Shown: positions 12,501 through 24,401 of the stretch, piece after piece | Layout: the number at the start of each line of letters is the position of its first letter | How positions within the stretch are numbered: position 1 is the stretch's first letter | NCBI GenBank assembly: GCA_964016885.1 | Contig: OZ024747.1 | Location: 83,700,001-83,764,000, forward strand | Source of the DNA: Eledone cirrhosa | Lineage: Eukaryota | Length of the DNA stretch: 64,000 bases | Reading direction: 5' to 3' | Position numbers and translations under genes: made by a program | Notes under the pieces: model-generated | Database searches by the model: none | Told to the model about the DNA's origin: nothing | The model's input: the letters and a program-made list of their open reading frames with translations, nothing else

Positions 12501-15500
12501 CTGTATGCCAAGAATAGCAACTGACATGGAAAAAAGACTCTTGGAAACACTGATTCCCTGGTCCACTCTGACAATCAGCTCCTTTAATTTATAAACCATA
12601 TTACCACAGACTTACAAGATATTAAGGCCATTGTATAATTTACTTTTCTGTATGTGGTTTTACCAACCCCAAGGTTCCGTTGTTATGCTCCAACAACTGT
12701 ATTTCATTTCAGTTTTTTTTTTTACACAAACTGACATATTGACATATACTGTACCATGTTTGCTTTTTATTAATTGAATAAGTAAAACAAAACAAACAAG
12801 AAATAAATACAAAAAAAAACCCTCCAGAAAACTAATAGCTTGCTGTGTTATAATGGTTTTTTCTAAGAAATTCTTCTGCCACTATATTTAAATTTAAGGT
12901 ATCAAACTGAGGGATTTAAGCTCAAAGAAGTTTTTAACAACTGAACAAGGTAAATACTTGTATTTCTTGCTGCTATATACATATATATATATGTATGTAT
13001 GCATATCCACAGTCCTTTTATTTCCTTTTATGCACTCTGTTCTTGTTGCTGCCTCCACCACTTACCTGCACTACAAATGCATGCAGTAAATATTTAGTTA
13101 TATCTGAGTTTGTTTTTTCACTTTCTCTATAAAAGCAACAGTTTTTCTTAAGTAAACTAACTCATTATCATTTATTTCTATTGTAATAATTTTATTATTC
13201 ATTTATTTATCTTAAAGTCAACTATCTGTATAAAAGTGTCAAATTGGAAGAGTCGGTAGAGCACCAGAGTAAATGTCTCAACATTTGCTCTGACCCTCAA
13301 ATCCCCACTGAGGTTAAATTTCATCCCCTCAAGAGTCAATAAATAAAATGCCAGTTCATGGGGGAGTGGATTGGCAAAATTGCTCAAGAGTCAGGTAAGA
13401 TGCTTGGCAGTATTTGATCCAGTCCTGTGTGTCCTGAGTTCAAATCCCAGCTCCTTCTACTAGGAATTGCAACTAGCTGATAGTAATAGCAATGGAAAGA
13501 CTAATAGAAATATAATTTCCTTTCTTTAATCTGACAATCAGCTTCTTTCCTTTCCATTTTTATATACGACAGAGAGATGGAAGAGGAGAAGGTATGAATG
13601 TCACATTTCAAATGACTTCAATATATATGAAGAAATATTAAGAGTGGTGGATTGGCAGAATTGGTAGAGCATCGGATGAAATGCTATAGTGGCATTTGTT
13701 CTGGTTCTTTATATTCTGAACATGGACACAAACATGTGAAGGCGCATGGCTTGGTGATAAAGGTATTCACCTGACGATCGTATGCTCACGAGCTTGATTC
13801 CTGACAACTCATTGTGTTCTTTTAGCAAGACATTTTATTTCATGTTACTCCAGTCCACACAGTTGGTAAAAGTGAGTCAGTTGTACCTGTCATTCAAAGG
13901 GTCAATCTTGTAATACTCCTGCTCAGTCTGCCCAGGAATTATGGATGTGGATTGCTCAACTATGTGCATGTTAATTTCACAGGTAGGCTGTACCACTGAT
14001 CTAAGGAACAATTGTTGGTACTGACAGAAGTCCACAAACCCACACACATATTTATAGATAATGGGCTTCCACACAGTTTCTGTCTACCAAATATCACCAA
14101 TGAAGCCTTGGTCAATCTGAGGCTATAGCTATCTGAGGCTAGAAGTCGGACTGAATCCCAAACCGTGTGAATGTGAGGCAAACTCTTTAACCATACAGTC
14201 AGGCGTACACCGAAAATAATTATTTAAAATAATTTGTTCAACTGATGTGATTATTGTTTTATGCATTAAGTTTAGAAACCTAGACTTGCACTCATGTATT
14301 TTTAGTTCAGTGTGTAGCTTTTTGAATAGTCATTGATAGTGCCTTGTAAAACATGTATATAGTAGTGTGTGTGTACATGTAGCAAGTATCCAGATGTGTG
14401 TATCCAAATGAGATCCTATACTCAAAACTTTAGCACAGCAAAAGAGACTACTAGGGTTGAAAGAAGCAATACTCTGAAGAAATGTCAAATATTGTTGGAA
14501 GATTGGGAAACCCATGTGGAAAGATAGGAAGGTCTAGTGAGTGATGATCCATCAGGGAATTACTGTAATACAAGTGCTCAGGACACAAAAGTTTCTTCAA
14601 TGCCAATCTCACTGGTAATGTTTACTGAATAGCACTTCAACCTCAACTGTGACTGCAGATATCGGGCCAGGTCTGAGCTTACATTTGAGAGCACATGACC
14701 TGATATGGAAACTGTGGTTTTGGATCTTGGATCAGGTCTGAGCTTACACTTGAGGGCACATGACCAGACAGGTGACCAGAGTAATGTCATCATTGGATTG
14801 ACATACCATTGAAGAAATGGAGAAATGAGAGAGAGAGAGAGGGAGATCCTTTGTCTCTGTGTGTATACACATTTTTATTTTGTGTGTGTGTGTGTGTGTG
14901 TTGTGTTTAGCTTTGTGAATATTCTTTGGTGGTGCATGATAGGATCCTTATATAGTAATTGTATGTGTGCGTGTGTGTGCATATTTTTCCTCTTATATGC
15001 ATGTTTTCTGTGTAGCTTTATGAATTCTGCTCTAAAGTCAAGTGTAATTCAGGTTGAGACATATATGTTAACCAGTCTATATATCCACTCTGCAGTTCAT
15101 ATATTGAGTACTACACTTCCTTGTTATTTCTATTTCCTCTCTAATGTTTCTTACTTTATCAATCTTTCATTCTCAAATTTATTTTTTATTTGTATTTCGT
15201 TTTCCTTTCTTGTTTTGATGATGGTGGTCGTTTGATGATTGCATTCATGTATAATTTTAGCATTGTTATTGTCACCACCACCACAGCCATCATTTTTATC
15301 AGCATCATCACCACCACCACCATCATCATCATCATTGTCATTATCCCTACCACTACCGCCATCGTTATCATCACCATCACCACTACCACCGTCATCATCA
15401 TCACCATCACCACTACCACCGTCATCACCACCACTACCACCATCATCACCACCACTACCACCATCATTGTCACCATTCACCACTACTACTGTCATCGTCA

Positions 15501-15859
15501 TAATCACCACTACCACCATCATCACTACCACTGTCATCATTCATAACCATAGCCACCATCACTGTCATCATTGTCATTGTCACCACTACCATCGTCTTCA
15601 CCATCACTTCATCACTATCATCATCATCAGCAATACTATCATCATTGTTGGATAATGATCATCTGGATTGTATATTAGAGATATAAATTGTCTGTTAAAT
15701 GTGTGTATATGAGCACATTACACATATACATGTACACATATACATGTACACATACATATACATGTACACATATACATGTACACATACACATGTACACATA
15801 CACTTGTACACATACACATACAGATGTACACATATACATGTACACATACACATGTACAC

Positions 15860-15896
<37 letters not shown>

Positions 15897-18800
15897 TGTA
15901 CACATATACATGTACACATACACATGTACACATACACATGTACACATACATATACATGTACACATATACATGTACACATGTACACATACACATGTACACA
16001 TATACATGTACACATACACATGTACACATACATATACATGTATACATGTACACATACATATACATGTACACATACATATACATGTATACATGTACACATA
16101 CATATACATGTACACATACATATACATGTATACATGTACACATACATATACATGTACACATACATATACATGTACACATACACATACATGTACACATATA
16201 GATGTACACATATACATGTACACATACACATACTATACATGTACACATACACATGTACACATACATATACATGTACACATGTACATGTACATGTAGACAT
16301 GTACATGTACACATACACATGTACACATACACATGTACACATACATATATACATGTACACATACACATGCACACATACACATGTACACATACATGTACAC
16401 ATACATATACATGTACACATACACATGCACACATACACATGTACATGTACACATACACATGTACACATACACATGTACACATACACATGTACACATAGAT
16501 ATACATGTACACATATACATGTACACATACACATGTACACATACATATACATGTACACATATACATGTACACATAAATATACATGTACACATGTACACAT
16601 ACACGTATACATACACATGTACACATACATATACATATATACATGTACACATACACATGCACACATACACATGTACACATATACATGTACACATACACAT
16701 GTACACATACACATGCACACATACACCTGTACACATATACATGTACACATACATATACATGTACACATACACATGTACACATACACATGTACACATATAC
16801 ATGTACACATACATATACATGTACACGTACACATACACATGGACATACACATGTACACATATACATGTACACATGCACACATGTACACATACACATGTAC
16901 ACATACACATACACATGTACACATACACATGTACACATACATGTACACATACACATGTACATGTACACATACACATGTACACATACACATGTACATGTAC
17001 ACATACACATGTACACATACACATGTACACATACACATACACATGTACACATATACATGTACACATACACATGTACACATACACATGTACACATACATAT
17101 ACATGTACACATATACATGTACACATGCACACATGTACACATACACATGTACACATACACATACACATGTACACATACATGTACACATACACATGTACAT
17201 GTACACATACACATGTACACATACACATGTACATGTACACATACACATGTACACATACACATGTACATGTACACATACACATGTACACATACACATATAC
17301 TTTCTGAGTATAAAAACTTAGAATTCATATTTTTGAGAGAATAAAAAAACAGTACAACAAACTGCATTTCTTTTGATGTCTTCTTTAACCCTCTCATTAC
17401 CATATTTTTGATGAGATACACTAATCTTTTTTTCCTTCTTCTTCCTCTTTTTCTTTTCTTTCTTTCTTCTTCAAAGACCATGTTGTTAAACAATAACTTC
17501 CAGAATGAAATTAAAGCTATGATAGTTTTACATTTTTCTGTTTTCTCATTTTTCACATTACACTATTATTGTCATCATCATCATCATCATATTTCTACAT
17601 TCTGTGTTCAAATTCTTCCGACATTAGTTTTCCTTTTCGTCCTTCCGAGGTCGATAAAATAAGGTACCAGTAATACAACGGTCGATTTAATCAACTTTTC
17701 CCTCACCCAAAATTGATGGCCTTGTGCCTATATAAGAAACCATTATTATTAATCCCGCCCAGGTTAACTTTGCCTTTCATCCTTACGGGGTCGATAAAAT
17801 AAAGTACCAGTAATACACTGGTTAATTGCTGGCCTTGTGCCAAAAGTACAAACAATTATTGTTATTTGCATTGTCATTTATTGACTTTAAATAAAACTTA
17901 ATTTGAAATATTCCCAATTAATAATTTCTTAATTTCTTTTCCTTCATTGGTTCCTCTTTTCAAACTTTTGTGGGAAAATTTGATATTGACAAAGAAATTC
18001 TGTTTCATTAGTATATTACTCATGAAAGATACTGTCTATAATTTTCAAATTTCTTTTGAAAATAATAAAAAATTTGGAGCCATTAAGTTTGGCTACCTGC
18101 AGGTATGAGCCTTGCGAGCTGGAATGACTCTTCCATCATGTCTCCCCCACTATCCTCTGGGGAAATGCCTTCTCTATTCTGTCCACGGAGTGGCCAGCAC
18201 TTGGGCCCCCATTTGCTCATAATAGTGAGAGATGGGAAGAGTGGGAGAGACAGAGGCAATGACAGTGAGAGTTTGGTCCTTTTGTGTTCGGACCTGGTGT
18301 ATATGTATGTATTTCAGTGAAGTAGTTACTGTGTGTGAGAGAGAAATATAATGTGTAAAAGGAAATTTAGAATAAAAAGCATAACACACACACCCAAAAT
18401 CAGACAAAGCTAAATAGCTCGTTATTAAGCTGGTGTTTTGAGAGTAACTTAACAAAAGTTCATATATGAAATTATGATGGAAGGTGTTTAGATAAACACT
18501 TTAAAACAAACAGCTTTGTATTACCATACCAGATGCAATTTCATGATACTACCTATGATTTTCAAAGCATTTTGAAAATAATTAAGAATTTGGAGGGATT
18601 GAGTAATATAGCTAAATTGCTCAATATTAAGCTTATATTTGGAGTGTAACTTAACAAAGATTCTTATCTGAAATGTACACTAATAAGTATTAGTAACTTC
18701 CACTCATAACTTACATTCACTAGATTAGTCATTTATATTGATGCTTATGTCATTGATTATTTTTTATGTTTTTTGGGGAGGAGGGGGTTGTACAATTTTT

Positions 18801-21800
18801 TAAAATTATTTAAAAGCCTCCATTTTTTATGTATTCCGTTTAAATGTATTCATATATATATATATATTTATTTTACTCTGCAGAAGGTTTGCTAAAGTTC
18901 CAGAAAACCAGTGATGGCGATGAAGCAGAGGCAAGACTTGCACAGCATTTTGGATATGAAGAAGAAAGCAATAGTGATGAACCTCCTTCACCTACACAAG
19001 AAGACGACTCTAATGTATCTGATATCGGTAGCCCAGTGTCAAATATTACTGGTACTATAGATTTTGGCATTATACATTCAAGAAGTACTGGTCAAAACCA
19101 GACATCATCTTCCACTAAAACAACAGTAACCATACCACCAGGTCAACCTTATGCAGTTCCTTCTGGGCCCTCTGCTTTAGCAAATCGGCATTCAAATTCT
19201 TCATCTCGAAATGGTAATTCCAGTAGCAGTCAACATAAATCACGGCCTAAAAAGCAGAAACCCAAAACCCAGCCTAAAAGTAAAGTTATAAAATTCCATG
19301 AATATAAGGGTCCACCAAATATTGTGAAAAATATTCATAATGCAGCACAGAATTTGGGTAATAATTCTGAAACTCCTTATGCTATTCTACTTCAACAACA
19401 GCAATTATTTCTTCAATGGCAGCTGCAGGTTCAACAGAAAACTAAGTCCAACTCAACTGTGTCCAGCTCTAAAGGGGGCGAAAACCCAGGCACATCTCCT
19501 GCTCCCCACAGTTCCTCTGGCAACATGATTATGGCTGGTTCCACAACATCAACAGCCAATGCAGTCAGCACATCGGCTTCCATAAGCCAACCGAGTCCAT
19601 CACCTCCACTGTTGCAGCAGAGACCGACACCATCACACACGCCACAGCCACAATCAACAAATCCTCACCACCATCATCATCACCACCATCCCCACCCCCA
19701 CCATCAACAGCAGCAGCAGCAGCAGCAGCAGCAACAACATCAACATCAACAACAACAACAACAACAACAGCAACAGCAACAGCAACAAAAACATCAACAG
19801 CAACAAAAGCAACATCAGATAAGCTTACTATCCCAAAACCAGGCTCATCCATCCTCAGTCCCACAAGTGTCTCCAGCTTCTTCCTCGTCACAAAAGACTA
19901 TACTCTCCATTAACGCACCCACCACAACCAAATCACTCTCCAATCTGGAGGACATGAAAGTTGCTGATTTAAGAGCAGAGCTAAAAAAGCGAAACTTGAC
20001 TGTGTCTGGTTCCAAGCCACAACTGATAGAACGCCTTCGTAATCATTTGGAGAACAAGCCTAACAACACAAATCCAACTGTGACCAACACTTTACTGGAC
20101 AGTAACAGTAACCTGTCGTTGCAAGGGCTTCATACTGTGATCTACTCCCCAGAAGAATGCATGGTCACAAGCAATACCCCTCCTACTTCACCTAATTGCA
20201 AAGACAGCTCTAACAAGTTGTTGCCTACGCTCTCTTTGGACAAGATGGAGATGTTGTCTAGTAATTTCCTTCTCCAGAAGAACCATCTTAACAGTAACAC
20301 CACAAGCAACATCAGCAACAGTAACATCAATAATAACAACAATAGCAGCATCAACATCATCAACAGTAGTAGTAATATTAGCAGTTCTGTGCCAATGACA
20401 GTGGATTCCATTTCAAGGCCACCTTCTGTAGCACCAAATGAAAATGCACCAATGGATGTTGACCAAGGGAACTCTCTATCAGTAGATCTGTCCCATAATG
20501 TCAACGGTGGGTCCAAAGCAGTTGAGGTGGCTTCTCCACAACAGCAGCAGCTACCAGTTCAAAATCAAGTTCAGCAGAGAAGTTTTCTGGGCCAGGATGA
20601 ACTGGTCAAGCAACAGCAAAAAACAATTGAAGCTCTTCAACGTCAGTTGCATGAGTCTCAAATGCAGTTGCAGTTGCAACTTCAACAGCAGCAGCACATC
20701 AATGGGTTAAAACAGCCGCCCTCGCCACAGCAAGTAATGGCAGTACAGTCACCACCTCAGGTGGTCAGTGTACAATCTCCACCACACGTTATGAGTGTTC
20801 ACTCTCCACCTCAGGTAATGGCACTACACTCTCCTAGTATAATGGCTGTCCAGTCACCACAGGTGATGAATGTCCACAGTCCTCCCCAAATTATAAATGT
20901 CCAATCTCCAGCACAGATTCTGAATGTCCAGTCCCCCAATCAGGTGATCAACCCACAGTCCCCACCTCAACATGTCATCACTGCTCAGTCTCCTCCTCAC
21001 ATACTAAACGTCATGAACATCTCTGCTGCTGACTCCAAAGTGCCTATGGCTCCTGCCCTCCATCAGCCGTCGCCATTGCAGGTACAACAGTCTCTAAAAT
21101 CTCTTGGAGTCACCCAGATCTCAGCTCACTTACTTCAGACATCATCTCCTAGTGTGCAACCAACACAAAGCCTACCTGCAGTGATTGTGACCACTTCAAC
21201 TGCTGCTACTGATATCAAACCCAACTTTGAGGAATTATTTGGCAGCCCTCAGCCACAGTTGAGTCCTGCCAGTCCTGTTGAGCTGACTAATCTGGCTTTG
21301 AACTATTCCACGTCACCAACATCTATGTCACCATTCCTGATAAGTGTATCAAAGGCCAGCTCAAGAGAAGGAAGTCCATCTCCAAAAGGTTTTATGGGTA
21401 GCCCAAGGTATGTTAATATTATCATCATTATTATCATCATCATCAAGGGTGGTGGATTAACAGAATCCTCAGAGCATCAGATAAAATGTTTTGCAGCATT
21501 CATTCTGAGTCAAAATCCTGCCAATGTCAATTTGTTTCCTTCATTCTGGGATCAATAAAATAAAACACCAGTCAAGTACTGGGGCCAATAATACAAAGTA
21601 CCAGTCAAATACTGGTGCCAATAATACAAAGTACCAGTCAAATACTGGGGCCAATAATACAAAGCACCAGTCAAGTACTGAGACCAATTTAATCAACTTC
21701 TCTCTCTCTCTCAAGAAATTGTTGGCTTTGTGCTTAAATTAAAAATCATTAGTTTAGCCCTTCATTCTTACAGGGTCGATAAAGTACCAGTAATGCACTG

Positions 21801-24347
21801 GAGTCGATGTAATCGACTTTCCCTTCCCCTTTCAAATTGCTGGGCTTGTGCCTAAAGTAGAAACAATTATTATTATTCCTATTATAATTGGGGTGATAGA
21901 TTGGGAGAATAGCTAGAACATTGGGTAAAATGACTTTTGGCATTTAGTTAGGATTTATTTTGTTCCAATTTCAAATCACTGAAGTCCTCAGAGGACAAAG
22001 GACCATATCACGCGAAGGAACACTGTGATGGGGAAGGTGACATAAAATGATGATGATGATGATAAACACTTTAAAAAATAAACAGTTTTGTATTATATAG
22101 CCAAGAGCAGTTCCTTGTGGTTTCATATCAAAAGGGTGAATACACTGAGAGAAGAGCTAATAGAGGTATATATAAAGGCATAAATTATAGTAAACTATAG
22201 CTATGATCATGTCACAGTTATCATATATACCTTTATATACACCTACTTCTATAATGTTATATTACTACTACTGCTAAGAAGTGCTAATGTTTTCTTATAG
22301 TGACACACCATTTTTATAATTGTTTCATTTCAGTAATGTAAGTATTTCCTCGGTCAGCAGCAATTCAACTAGCCAGGAATCAACTGGAGAGAGTACTGTG
22401 GCAAGCACAAATCCTACTATTCCACCTGCAGCTAGCAACGAAGTTAATCCGGCAACAGGCTCCTATTTCTCCATCCCAATGAGACAGCCTCCAAAATATG
22501 ATGAAGCTGTTAAGAAAAAACAACAACTTTCTCAGGTAAATTCTATCACTAAAAACATTGTATATAAGGAAGTATTGAATTAATGACTTGATAGTTTTGA
22601 AAATGATAATTAATAGTAGAATAATACAGTGATGTAATGATTATGTTGATGTAACTGTGAAATAATTGTCATGTTAAGATAGTCATCTCTCTCTCTCTCT
22701 CTGTACCTCTCTTTATCTTTCTATCTTTGTCTTTATCCCTCATTTTTAAAAAAATGCATTTAGTAAATGTTATATTGTTTCTTTAATTAAAAATGTTTGT
22801 CTTCACAGACTCCAGTATATGCGACTTTGCCAGATGGTGCTGTGGCAGCAAATGGTGTAGCCCAAAATTCTGCTCCAGCTTTGGTAACCAATGAGGCTGG
22901 CCCCAACAATCCAAACATCAGCATATCAACCAAGAGTCAAGCTATGGATGATGTATTAGAAATATTGATTAGAAATGGAGGTTAGTCTATTATTGATTTC
23001 TCATTTGATTCAACATTCTATTTAATGTTGAGCAGCGTTTGTGTCTCTATGATGTTTTGTCTTCCAAAGGAAACTGCAATAGCAGACATTTTTTGTTTTG
23101 TTCTTTCATCTTTTTATATTTATTTGTTCATCTATTGTTGTAGCAGGCAGTTAATTGCTAATTATGGAAATTAAAACAAACTGTTTGCTTAATAGCTGAA
23201 TCATTTTGTGTGATATTTAATTTATACAGTTTGTACTGCCAATAGTAAAGTCGTGACTTAGTGGTTATGGTGTTCAGCTTGATCATAGCATTGTTAGTTT
23301 GATTGATCTGACTGCATAACACATTGTCCTTGAGAAAGGCACTTCATTTCACATTACTTCAGCTCACTCAGTTGAAAGGCGCGTGAAGGCGCATGGCTTA
23401 GTGGTTAGAGCATTGGGCTTGCAATCGAAAGATTGTGAGTTCAATTCTCGGACTGGGTGATGTGTTGTTTCCTTGAGCAAGACACTTTATTTCACGTTGC
23501 TCCAGTTTACTCAGCTGTAGAAATGAGATGATAGGACTGGGGTCCCTATCATTAAAATCACCCAAGGCACCTCCAACGAGATATACCTTAGAGGAGGCCA
23601 GCTAAACCTGCATAGGTGTGAGCTGTAACAACAACAACAACAACTCAGTTGAAAACAAGTACCAGCAACAGCAGCAACTGAGGGTTAGTTCTATTGCAGA
23701 CTGGTATATTGTTCAGGGTAGAGGAGTGAGTAGTCTTCTACTCTTAGTCACTTAATACCCATTAAATCAAGATAAGCTCCAGACTCCACTAAAACCAATT
23801 TTTTACAGCAATCTGTCCACTAGTAAAGACACTATAAGCTTTTAAATTAAACCTGATTTTAAATATATTCTGCTACATCATTACTGGATGTTAAGTATTA
23901 ATAATGAGTAAGTTAGTTATATTACTAAATTCTTGACTATTTTCAAAATTATTTGAAAATCAAGGCAATGTCTTTCATTAGAAATATAGCAGCAAAAAGG
24001 TTGATGTTAATCCTCTATGAAAGTTATGCTAAGAGAAAAGGAAACAATAATCTATCTTTATGTTCCTTTTTTGTGGGGAAATATATTTTCTTTTGTATTG
24101 TCTATGTTAAGTAATGTGATGCACATTTATTTTGAGATTGTTAAACAACGTTTCCATTGTTTTCTTCTGTGCTATATATAAAACACAATATCTGTTTGTG
24201 TGTGCATGTGTGTCTATCTTGTCTGTCCATACCCCCTTCTATCACTCTCCCTCACATACTCTCCTTTATCTCTCTCTCTCACTCACTCTTTCTTCTTTGA
24301 GTTCATTAGAACAAATTAGAAGAGGGGGGGAGATCTACAGATGACAA

Positions 24348-24401
<54 letters not shown>

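Noticed and set aside
11292-12524. 410-aa ORF of NPALYILSSTL repeats
   Set aside because: It is the translation of a stop-free 33-bp SINE-derived minisatellite inside an intron, with no gene context.
14668-14765. 33-bp direct repeat (caggtctgagcttaca.ttgag.gcacatgacc) in a GC-richer intronic island as a possible exon
   Set aside because: No convincing splice sites or open MRTF-frame reading; likely a decayed repeat.
15675-17556. Many long overlapping Cys/Val/His/Tyr-rich ORFs (up to 612 aa)
   Set aside because: RY-alternating satellites cannot form stop codons, so the sequence is open in all frames.
23383-23460. tRNA gene
   Set aside because: It has A/B boxes but no complete cloverleaf and continues into a SINE body.
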